A stretch of 51,652 nt of DNA from contig JAICQP010000003.1 in the NCBI GenBank assembly GCA_025937815.1, positions 1-51,652 of the forward strand, in the 5' to 3' direction. Position 1 is the stretch's first letter. Each line of letters opens with the position of its first letter. The DNA is from Gemmatimonadota bacterium (GTDB lineage: Bacteria; Gemmatimonadota; Gemmatimonadetes; JACCXV01; JAHWKZ01). The notes under the pieces are model-generated. The model did no database searches and was not told the DNA's origin. It saw nothing but the letters and a program-made list of their open reading frames with translations. The translations under genes were made by a program, and so were the position numbers. Shown here piece after piece: positions 21,159-29,311 of this stretch.

Positions 21159-21587
21159 TCACGCGTCGGCCGTCTCGTCCGCCTCTCTGTCTCCTGGGGG
21201 CTCGGTCAGGATCGCCTCGATGCCCGCCATCGCGAACAGCCGGTCGGCGTCGCGCAGCTCGCAGAAGGCCTCCAGGTACTCCTTGCCGTCGTAGAAATGA
21301 ATGTTGAACGGACGCACCACGCGCTCGGTTGTCTCGCCGCTCGACCGCGACGTGTAGCGGATGCACAGAGGCCTCGACGTCTCCACCGCATCGCGGACGC
21401 GCGCGGCGATCTGCGGATCGGGCTCGCCGCCCGACTCCAACAGCTCCGAATAGCGCGCGAACGAAGGGCCCCCGCCGGCCTTGAGCTTGGCGGCCAGGGA
21501 TGCGAGCACGGTGTCGGCCGCGTCATCGCGGCGTGCCGCTTCGACCAGGGCCAGGAGCCGTTCGCGTTCCTGCTGTGTGATCTCCAC
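21159..21587 (-). CDS. Stand-alone WYL-domain protein
   Basis: IRYTSRSSGETTERVVRP..EYLEAFCELRDADRLF. Probable GTG start at 21587 (TAGATT 7 nt upstream); alternative ATG at 21656. Confidence 0.8.
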   Translation of the reverse strand: MEITQQERERLLALVEAARRDDAADTVLASLAAKLKAGGGPSFARYSELLESGGEPDPQIAARVRDAVETSRPLCIRYTSRSSGETTERVVRPFNIHFYDGKEYLEAFCELRDADRLFAMAGIEAILTEPPGDREADETADA

Positions 21588-21702
21588 GCGCGGCAATCTA
21601 GCGCGCCGCGCGGCGCTCGTCTTGCGCGCGCTTTGCTGGCGCGATTTCTCCCGCATATATTCGGGTCGTTCCGCGCCCTCCCCGGCGCGCGAACATCACG
21701 AC

Positions 21703-21737
21703 ACCCGTAAGATAGTTGAACGATAGTTGTTACGGGT
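21703..21737. promoter_or_regulatory. Nested inverted and direct repeat between the divergent WYL and csp genes
   Basis: ACCCGTAA-[GATAGTTG-AAC-GATAGTTG]-TTACGGGT. Confidence 0.55.
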
Positions 21738-21784
21738 ATCATCTCAACCGTTTTCTCGTTCGTTCGGCAGGGAGGTTCTTCCCG

Positions 21785-22060
21785 ATGGGATCGAATGGCA
21801 GTTTCTCGTTCGGCCGCATGCTCAAGAACTTGTTCGGCAAGGCCGACGCCGTTTCCGAGCACGGCGCGGTGAAATGGTTCGACGCGCAAAAGGGATTCGG
21901 ATTCATCGAGCGGCCGGATGGCAGCGACATCTTCGTGCACTACAGCGACATCGTGGGCAGCGGCTTTCGGACGTTGACCGAGGGCCAGAAGGTTCAGTTC
22001 GAAGTCGCCCAGAGCCCCAAGGGACCGCAGGCGGTCAAGGTGCAGCGACTCGACGACTGA
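21785..22060 (+). CDS. Cold-shock protein with N-terminal extension
   Basis: [38 protein letters not shown]; SD GGGAGG at 21770-75. Confidence 0.92.
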   Translation: MGSNGSFSFGRMLKNLFGKADAVSEHGAVKWFDAQKGFGFIERPDGSDIFVHYSDIVGSGFRTLTEGQKVQFEVAQSPKGPQAVKVQRLDD

Positions 22061-22096
22061 CGATCGGCAGGCTTTCGCCGGGGGGCCGGTCGCGCA

Positions 22097-23419
22097 TCAC
22101 GCGGCCGGCCCTTTCGCGTTCCTCCCTTCCCGATCCACCCCGTTTCCCTCCTCGCGATCCACCCACCGGACGAGATCGGCGATCGACGGCCGGCCGTCGC
22201 GCCGCCAGCCGGCCGGCGGGCGCTGCATCCGGCCCAGCGGAGTCACGCGCTCGACGCCCGCGCGGGCGAGCGGAAGCGCGAGTCGATCCATTTCCTTGCC
22301 GTCGCCCGCGATCCCGACGCAGGCGACCATTCCGCGGGCCCGGGCACACAGCTTCGCGGACTCTCGGGCATCGGTCAGAGGCGCGACCGCGAGGATGCGC
22401 GGGCTGGCCGGGGGCGTCGGCGGACCAGGCTCCGGCCGCCACTCGATCGACCAGCCGCTGTCGACACCGCCCACCACCGCGACGGGCCGGCCGGCGGCCC
22501 GCTCGACCGCGCGGACGGCCGCCCACTCGGCCCACGCGGCGCGCTCGCCCGGCTCGCTCTCCCGCCTGGCGGGCGCGGGCCAGCGCTCGAGGCACGCGGC
22601 GTGGAGCGGCTCAAGCAGCTCCTGCCCACCCCCCTCGACCCAGGCCACGACGGGCGACAGGCAGCCGGCCTGGCCGGCGAACGCGACGTCGTCGGCGAGT
22701 GCACGCACGCATCCGTCGAAGTCGTCCTCCAGTGCGCTCCGGGTGACGAGGGCGGCCGATAGCCGCGGCCCGTGCAGGACCAGCCGCGCTCCGTCCGGCG
22801 CGAGCCGCTCGACGCCGGTGAGCGTCTCCGCGCGGCCCGTGGCCATCACCAGGTCCGCGGCGGCGAGCACCGCGCGACCGTGGGGCGCGCCACGCGGCCA
22901 GCCGGAGACCTCGACCGCCGCGCCGATCGCGGGATCGATCTCCGCCAGCGTCGCCGCGAAGCGCGCGGCGAGGTCGTCCGAGCCCGCGGCGGGCTTGAGC
23001 CAGACCGGTGCCTTCACCGAGAGCAGGTCGATGATGTCGCCGACGGGAGTCGTCGGGACGCCACGGGAGGCCAGCGCGACGGCGAGCCGTGGGCCGAGCG
23101 CCATCCGCCGCACGCTCCCCAGCGCCACGAAGCCGTCCAGCGCGCGGGCGTCCCCGAGCTCTGTGTCCGCGCGACCCAGGAGCGCCCGCTCGGTCCAGGG
23201 CTCGAACCCCGCGTCGAGGACGCGCGCGATCGCGGCCGCCGGCACGCGGTGATGCTGGGACAGGGCACGCTCGCCCTCACGCCGGGCGGGGTCCGCGGGG
23301 TCCCGCCAGCGGGCGCACGCCGCCGCCAGGGCGGCGACGACTTCCGCGACCGGACGGTCGGCGAGCGCCTCGCCGGCGCGGACCAGCGCGTCACAGCGCG
23401 CGGCGGCATCGGCGCTCAT
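22097..23419 (-). CDS. LuxC-like acyl-CoA/acyl-protein reductase
   Basis: ALDH-like fold motifs: WLKPA, LHGPRLS, GQAGCLSP (catalytic Cys), GVERVTPLGRMQRPP..WRRDG. ATGA overlap with luxE. Confidence 0.8.
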   Translation of the reverse strand: MSADAAARCDALVRAGEALADRPVAEVVAALAAACARWRDPADPARREGERALSQHHRVPAAAIARVLDAGFEPWTERALLGRADTELGDARALDGFVALGSVRRMALGPRLAVALASRGVPTTPVGDIIDLLSVKAPVWLKPAAGSDDLAARFAATLAEIDPAIGAAVEVSGWPRGAPHGRAVLAAADLVMATGRAETLTGVERLAPDGARLVLHGPRLSAALVTRSALEDDFDGCVRALADDVAFAGQAGCLSPVVAWVEGGGQELLEPLHAACLERWPAPARRESEPGERAAWAEWAAVRAVERAAGRPVAVVGGVDSGWSIEWRPEPGPPTPPASPRILAVAPLTDARESAKLCARARGMVACVGIAGDGKEMDRLALPLARAGVERVTPLGRMQRPPAGWRRDGRPSIADLVRWVDREEGNGVDREGRNAKGPAA

Positions 23420-24558
23420 GCCCCGCCCAGCCACAGGTCCGCCGCGAGCGAGCAGCCCCGCGCCTCCGCTCCCGGCTCCCGCCCCCGCAGCTCGAACGCC
23501 CCGGGCCCGACCCAGGCGCCGAGGTCGCTGGTCTGAAGAGCGAGCGCGCTTCCGCGGTTGGCGAGATCGTAATGGACGATCGCTCCCACCTCGCCCTCCT
23601 CGACCTCGCTCCCGCCCGCCGGATCGACGATCCGAACCCGCGCCCAGGGCGGGACGACGAGTCCGCCGCCGGCGTCCGCGCCGAGGCCGAGCGCCGCGCG
23701 CAATCGCGCGTCGTAGTACTGGCTCGACAGCTCCGTCATGCCGTACTCGGCGGCCTGGAGCTCGGGTGGAACCCCGAGCCGCTCCGCGATCTCCGCCGCG
23801 AGGCTCGCCGGATCCGCGGACGTGCGCAGGCCCTTGAAGCCACCCGTGACCATCGCCCGGCTACCCGCCGGCAAGCCCCACGTGCGGGCGCTTTCCCTCA
23901 GCACGCGATGGAAGGCGATCGCGGGGCCCGCGACGAGGACCGGCTCCCGGTCGGCCACCGCTCGGTCCAGTGCGGCCGCGATCTCCGCGGCGCCCCGCAC
24001 TCCCGCGTTTCCCGGTTCGGCGCTCAGGAGGAATGCCGTCCCCGGGGCGCCCAGCGCCTCGCGGAACACGGCGAACATGTGGACGAGGGACGAGTCGGGC
24101 GCCATGCGCGGCTCGGGCGCCAGGAACAGACAACGGATCCGCTCCCGGTCCGGTACCAGGAAGCGGCGGGCGGAGGCGACGATCGCCGCGTTGTAGAGTG
24201 CCAGCGTGTCGAAGTGATGCACGCCGCGCGCGGTTCCCGATGTGCCGGAGGTATGGAACGCCGCCCGGTCCCGTTCCGGCGGGAACGTCGCCCAGCGGCC
24301 CACCTTGAACGCGCCCGTCGGAACCGACGGGATCTGCCGCCACTCGCCGACGTCGGCCGGCGCGCTCACCCCCTGCAACAGGCAGAACTGGCGATACACC
24401 GGGTTGAAGCGGAACTGATGCGCGAACACGTCGCGCGCCAGGCGGTCGAACGCAATGTCGCCCAGGGGATCGTCCCACCCCCGGCCGACCGCCTCCAGGA
24501 TCTCCGCATCGAGCCGGGCGACCTCGCGCTCACGCGCGTCGTCGCGATCGGACGTCAA
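23416..24558 (-). CDS. LuxE-like acyl-protein synthetase
   Basis: NPVYRQFC, FHTSGTSG, TGGFKG, EYGMTELSSQYY, DLANRGS...TSDLG, GR...AEARGCS. TTG at 24558 overlaps the queE stop. Confidence 0.85.
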   Translation of the reverse strand: MTSDRDDAREREVARLDAEILEAVGRGWDDPLGDIAFDRLARDVFAHQFRFNPVYRQFCLLQGVSAPADVGEWRQIPSVPTGAFKVGRWATFPPERDRAAFHTSGTSGTARGVHHFDTLALYNAAIVASARRFLVPDRERIRCLFLAPEPRMAPDSSLVHMFAVFREALGAPGTAFLLSAEPGNAGVRGAAEIAAALDRAVADREPVLVAGPAIAFHRVLRESARTWGLPAGSRAMVTGGFKGLRTSADPASLAAEIAERLGVPPELQAAEYGMTELSSQYYDARLRAALGLGADAGGGLVVPPWARVRIVDPAGGSEVEEGEVGAIVHYDLANRGSALALQTSDLGAWVGPGAFELRGREPGAEARGCSLAADLWLGGA

Positions 24559-25196
24559 ACGCCGCGCGCGGTCGGCGACCAGATGTACTTGTGGATCTGG
24601 AGCTGCATCCGAACGGGCAGGCGATCGGCGAGGATCCATTCGGCGAGCTCGGCGGGATCGACTTCTCCCCAGGCTGGCGAAAAGAGCACGGCGTGCCGAT
24701 CGGCGAGCCCGTGCTCGCCCACGACCCCCCGCGCCCACTCGTAGTCCGCCCGATCGCAGATCACGAACTTGATCTCGTCGTCCGCGTCGAGATGGCGCAG
24801 GTTCTCCCAACGGTTCCGCGCGACCATCCCACTGCCCGGAGTCTTGAGATCCATGATGATCCGCACGCCCTCGGGCACCTCCTCCACCGACCACGCCCCG
24901 CTCGTCTCGAGCAGCACCTCGTGTCCGGCGGCGAGGAGCCGCCGCATGAGCTCGTTCGTCTCGCGCTGGATCAGGGGCTCTCCGCCTGTGATCTCCACCA
25001 GCCGGCAGCCGTAAGAGGCCACCTCCGCCACGATCTCGTCGAGCGGGCGCTCGATCCCTTCGAAGAACGCGTACTCGGAATCGCAGAAGCGGCAGCGAAG
25101 ATCGCAGTACGTCAACCGGACGAATACGCACGGCCGTCCCACGTGCGTGGACTCGCCCTGGATGGAGTGGAAGATCTCGTTGACCCGCAACGGCAT
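24555..25196 (-). CDS. queE: 7-carboxy-7-deazaguanine synthase (radical SAM)
   Basis: EIFHSIQGE, FVRL, CDLRCRFCDS, ITGGEP, ETSG, DLKTPGSG, KFVI, QLQIHKYIW. Confidence 0.9.
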   Translation of the reverse strand: MPLRVNEIFHSIQGESTHVGRPCVFVRLTYCDLRCRFCDSEYAFFEGIERPLDEIVAEVASYGCRLVEITGGEPLIQRETNELMRRLLAAGHEVLLETSGAWSVEEVPEGVRIIMDLKTPGSGMVARNRWENLRHLDADDEIKFVICDRADYEWARGVVGEHGLADRHAVLFSPAWGEVDPAELAEWILADRLPVRMQLQIHKYIWSPTARGV

Positions 25197-25263
25197 ACGA
25201 CGAAATCTACGCGGTCCCGCCCGACGGGCCCAGGCGAGCGAGGACCTCTAGAGCACCGCGGGC

Positions 25264-26637
25264 TCAACCCCGTTCCAGGAACTCGAACCGGTAGCCGGCG
25301 AGGACGCGCCGGGCCACCATGCGCCCCAGGTCCAGCGCGCGGGTGACCGCCTTCGGCGTGAACTCCAGCGGATCCAGGGTCCGCAGGATGCGGTTCTCGG
25401 CGGCGATGTCGGGGTCGGGGTAGATACGAAGACGAACGTGGTCGATTCCCGCCAGTCGCTGGAACAGCTCGTGCAGTCTGTCGGTCGCCTCCGGGCCGCA
25501 GTCGAGGGACTCCAGGATCTCACGGCTCGCACGGAAGAGAGCGTGCTGGACGCGATGCGCCTGCATGACGTCCTCCTGCTTCGCGTCGCGGCTCTGGGCC
25601 GTCTTCTGCTGGTGCATCGCGGAATAGCCGCGCTCGGCCAGCGATCCGAAGCCGTGCAGGTACTTGTAGGGCGCGCTGATCGACGAGACGATCACGAGAT
25701 CGCAGCCGCTCTCCTCCGCGACGTCGGTGGTGAAGGGATTTCGGTCCTCGCCGTCCACGACCTGAACGGTGTAGTGCCCCAGGCGGTACGGCGCTCCGTC
25801 CGCGCGCTGGAGCGTGACGGCATGATAGAAGGGATATGTGGCCATCGAGCCGATCGCGGCCCGAGCCATGGGCACACCGCGCACTCTGAGGGTCGCGTTT
25901 CGCGTGAGCGGGTTGGCGCGGAAGGGGGCCAGGACGGGATCCGCCGGGTCCACGCCGGCCTCCTCGAACGCGTCCGCGATCTTCCGCCCTTCGGATCCCA
26001 GGATAAGATGGATCGCCTCCGGACGTACCGGCTGGCGGCGGAACAGCTCGAGGATCGGGTCCTCCCGCTCGCCGGCGATCAGCGTCACCGGGTGGTTGAG
26101 GTCGACGGCCAGGATCGCCGCCTCGGTGCGCAGGTCCTCCCAGTCCCGCCCCTTCAGCACCTCGTCCCGCAGATACTCCCCCATGGGCTCGAGCGTCCAT
26201 AGCGGAAACAGCACGTTCAGCGTCGACTCGGCCGCCCAGGATTTCCACGTCCGGCGCAGCGACCAGGACGCCTTGGGCCCCTCTCTCGCCCACTCGAGCG
26301 TCTTCCGGGTGAGCCCCTTCCCCTCGCCCAGGAATCGCGGCTGGAAGCGGGCGCGCGCGCCATCGTCCTCCAGCGTGCCGACGAGGTCTTCCGGACGCAG
26401 GCCGGCGCAGGCCGCCGTCACGAAGAACGCGCCCGCCGAAGATCCCACCGCGAGGTCGATTCCCGGGGGCCCGGTTTCGCGTGGCTGGCCCCGGTCGCGG
26501 AAGCCGGCGCGCAGCACGAAGCCGCGATCCTCGAGCACTTCCATGACGCCGAAATGGTAGGCCACGGCGGGAACGAATCCGCCCAGGAACGTCCCCGCTA
26601 TGCTGCGCGGGAGGGTGACCGGGATGGGCTTGCGAAT
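25264..26637 (-). CDS. Patatin-like phospholipase with a divergent Gly-rich motif and probable ATT start
   Basis: GTFLGGFVPAVAYHFGV, nucleophile GSSAG, DGEDRNP. The frame is open to TAG at 26695-97; GGGAGG lies 9 nt before ATT at 26637. Confidence 0.7.
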   Translation of the reverse strand: MRKPIPVTLPRSIAGTFLGGFVPAVAYHFGVMEVLEDRGFVLRAGFRDRGQPRETGPPGIDLAVGSSAGAFFVTAACAGLRPEDLVGTLEDDGARARFQPRFLGEGKGLTRKTLEWAREGPKASWSLRRTWKSWAAESTLNVLFPLWTLEPMGEYLRDEVLKGRDWEDLRTEAAILAVDLNHPVTLIAGEREDPILELFRRQPVRPEAIHLILGSEGRKIADAFEEAGVDPADPVLAPFRANPLTRNATLRVRGVPMARAAIGSMATYPFYHAVTLQRADGAPYRLGHYTVQVVDGEDRNPFTTDVAEESGCDLVIVSSISAPYKYLHGFGSLAERGYSAMHQQKTAQSRDAKQEDVMQAHRVQHALFRASREILESLDCGPEATDRLHELFQRLAGIDHVRLRIYPDPDIAAENRILRTLDPLEFTPKAVTRALDLGRMVARRVLAGYRFEFLERG

Positions 26638-26742
26638 GCGCGCGTTCCTCCCGCTGCGGAAACCCGCGGCCTTGGCTGGCGGGCGCGGGGGCGGCTAACG
26701 TTACCTGCACCGCCACCTACCTGCTATCTCCAAGGAGGCTCG

Positions 26743-27513
26743 ATGTCCCGCGCGCTCCCCCTGCTCGCCCTAGCGCTCCTGCTCGCCGCCTGCGCCGGCG
26801 CCGACGAGCCCATCGAGGACGCCGTTCCGGATACCGCCGCGGTCGCCTCCGACGCGGGCCACGACGAGGTGCGAGAGATCCCGTCGCGCGAGGCGGAGCT
26901 GGCGCGGGACGCCGGCTCGAAGCCGCAGGAGGTGATGGATTTCCTGGGAATCGACGGCGGGGACCGCGTGGCGGACATCTTCGCCGGCGGCGGCTACTAC
27001 ACCTACCTGCTGAGCGAGCGCGTGGGGTCGACGGGAATGGTGTGGGCCCAGGGCTTCAGCCCCGGTCTCGCGGCCCGCGCCGACAGCGGCGATTTGGCCG
27101 ACGCGACGAACGTAACGCTCGTGGACTCGCTGTCCGAGCTTCCCGAGGCGACCCTCGACGCGGCGATCATCATCCGCGGCTACCATCTGTATCCCGATCC
27201 GGCGGCGCTTCTGAGCGAGCTGAACCGCGCCCTCAAGGCGGGCGGCGTCGTGGGCGTGGAGGAGGTGCGGCTCGGGCAGGAGTACGGGCACGACATGGAG
27301 ACCCACCGGATGGGGGAGCGGACGGTCATCGACGAGTTCGAGAAACACGGCTTCGACTACGTCGGCTCGAGCGACATCCTGTACAACCCGGAAGACCCGC
27401 ACACGGACTTCATGGAGGGGCAGCGCCACCTCGCGGACCGGATGCTCCTGAAATTCGCCAAGCCCGGGGATCCGGCGTCCAGCGAACCCTCGACCGCCGC
27501 GCGCTCCCGCTAG
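26743..27513 (+). CDS. Class I SAM-dependent methyltransferase-like lipoprotein
   Basis: AAGGAGG RBS; lipobox LAAC; RD...KP.EV..F, VADIFAGGGYYT, ALKAGG, NPEDPH, DRMLLKFAKP. Confidence 0.8.
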   Translation: MSRALPLLALALLLAACAGADEPIEDAVPDTAAVASDAGHDEVREIPSREAELARDAGSKPQEVMDFLGIDGGDRVADIFAGGGYYTYLLSERVGSTGMVWAQGFSPGLAARADSGDLADATNVTLVDSLSELPEATLDAAIIIRGYHLYPDPAALLSELNRALKAGGVVGVEEVRLGQEYGHDMETHRMGERTVIDEFEKHGFDYVGSSDILYNPEDPHTDFMEGQRHLADRMLLKFAKPGDPASSEPSTAARSR

Positions 27514-28412
27514 CGGGAAGCGGCGGGCGGAACGCCGAGAAGACCCGCCACTTCCTCGGCGTGGAGGTTGACCCAGGCGCCGTAGTAGTTGACGTGCGGC
27601 AGCTCCTCGCCCGGGGTTCCGCCGGCCAGGCGTCGCGCCCGGACGGTCGGTGCGCCGAGATGGTAGACGGTGGCGAGGACGCCCGGGTTTCCGCCGATGT
27701 CGAGCCCGGCGATGCGCGCGTACGCGCCGCGTGATTGCGCGAGGAGCGCCGCGGCGTACTCGAGGCTTCCGCTCACGGTGGTCAAGGCCGTCAGCACTTC
27801 CCGCGCGGTCCGGCGCGGGCGGCCGAGGGCGGTAGCGACCTGGGGCTCGATCCGCACCGCGAGCCGGAACGAGACCTGCGCGGGCCCCAGCGTCCAGAGG
27901 TAGGGCGTCCGGAACCGCTCCCGCTCGGGCGCCTCACCGGCGCGCGCCTTGCTTCGGTACTCCCGCTCCCGGTCCGCCACCCACCCTTCCAGGTCGCCCT
28001 CCCGCAGCGTGCCGAACACGCTCAGGAGCAAACTCTCGCCGAGCTCGTCGGCGCGGCTGACGAGGAGCGTCTTCTCCGCCGCCACGATCCCTCCCAGCGC
28101 CACCGGTGACACGTCGAACGCGCCCGCCACCGACAGGACCTCGGCGCGATGCCGGGTGAGCCACTCGCGGGCGGTGTCCGAGAGCGGCGTCCGGGCGCGC
28201 TCCTTCTCCTCCTCCGGCAGGGACTCCCACCCGGGGTTTCCCTCGACGACCACGAGATCGGCCGGCAGCCCGCCCGCGAGCGGGAGCTCGTCGAAGGCGT
28301 CGGGCCCGGGGCTACCCGGCGATCCGAGCCGCGCGACCGCCACGGCCGCGGCGATGACGGCGAGCGCGGCGAGCCCCGCCAGCGCCAGCCGCCGTCCGCG
28401 CCCCGGCTTCAC
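27510..28412 (-). CDS. DUF1402-like membrane-anchored protein
   Basis: GTGA overlap with nfo; TM anchor; GGIVAAEKT, TLGPAQV, AYARIAGLDIGGNPGVLATVYHLG. Confidence 0.65.
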   Translation of the reverse strand: MKPGRGRRLALAGLAALAVIAAAVAVARLGSPGSPGPDAFDELPLAGGLPADLVVVEGNPGWESLPEEEKERARTPLSDTAREWLTRHRAEVLSVAGAFDVSPVALGGIVAAEKTLLVSRADELGESLLLSVFGTLREGDLEGWVADREREYRSKARAGEAPERERFRTPYLWTLGPAQVSFRLAVRIEPQVATALGRPRRTAREVLTALTTVSGSLEYAAALLAQSRGAYARIAGLDIGGNPGVLATVYHLGAPTVRARRLAGGTPGEELPHVNYYGAWVNLHAEEVAGLLGVPPAASR

Positions 28413-29257
28413 TTCTTCCCCGCGAGCTTCCGCAGGAGCGCCAGGTTCACGGCGTCCATGTCGTTCTCCTTCGGCGTCTCGAGGAGCTTGGGGATCTTCG
28501 CCAGGCGGCGGTCCCGCATGACGCGCTCGAAGGCCGCCTCGCCGATTTCCCCCCGGCCGATGTGCGCGTGCCGGTCGACCCGGCTCCCCAGGGGCTTCCG
28601 CGAGTCGTTCAGGTGGATCGCCTTGAGGCGCGCCAGTCCCACCGTGGCTTCCAGCTCGGACATCATCTTCCTCCAGCCGGTCTTCCCGGAGATGTCGTAT
28701 CCCGCGGCGAAGACATGGCAGGTGTCCACGCAGATTCCGAGCCGTGCGTCCTGCTCGACCCCGTCGATGATCCGTGCCAGCTGCTCGAACCGGTAGCCGA
28801 CGTTCGCTCCCTGCCCGGCCGTCGTCTCGAGCAGGACCTGCGTGCCCTCGAAGGGGACCTCGTCGAAGACCGCGTTCAGGGAGTCCGCCACGCGCGCGAG
28901 GACCGCGTCCTCGTCCGCGTCGGTGTCGCCCACCGGGTGCATGACCAACCCCGAGAGGCCGAGGCGCTGGCAGGTCCGGATCTCCTGCGCGAACGTCGAT
29001 CGGGAGCGGGACAGGATCGCGCTGTCCCGGGTCCCGAGACGCGTGAGGTAGATGTCGTGCGCGAGGCAGACGCGGCACGAGGACGCGTCCCACGCCTGGC
29101 GGAACTCCCGGACGTCGGCATCGGTGAGCTTGCGGCCGCGCCATTGCCGCGGACTCGACGTGAAGATCTGGATCGCGGTGCAGCCCAGGGCCTCTCCTCG
29201 ATCGAAGGCGGTGTGGAGGCCGCCCGCCGTCGACATGTGCGCGCCGAGAAGGAGCAT
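28409..29257 (-). CDS. nfo: Endonuclease IV
   Basis: LGAHMSTAGG, QIFTSSPRQW, LETTAGQG, CVDTCHVFAAGYD, HLNDS, DRHAHIG, LETP. Confidence 0.96.
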   Translation of the reverse strand: MLLLGAHMSTAGGLHTAFDRGEALGCTAIQIFTSSPRQWRGRKLTDADVREFRQAWDASSCRVCLAHDIYLTRLGTRDSAILSRSRSTFAQEIRTCQRLGLSGLVMHPVGDTDADEDAVLARVADSLNAVFDEVPFEGTQVLLETTAGQGANVGYRFEQLARIIDGVEQDARLGICVDTCHVFAAGYDISGKTGWRKMMSELEATVGLARLKAIHLNDSRKPLGSRVDRHAHIGRGEIGEAAFERVMRDRRLAKIPKLLETPKENDMDAVNLALLRKLAGKK

Positions 29258-29311
29258 CCGGGGAGTCTAGGGACTTGCACGCGCGCGGCGCCAGCGGCGA
29301 CCTTGCGGCGC

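Noticed and set aside
22097-24558. Bioluminescence operon
   Set aside because: There is no luxA, luxB, luxD or luxG in the window; luxCE homologs occur in non-luminous bacteria.
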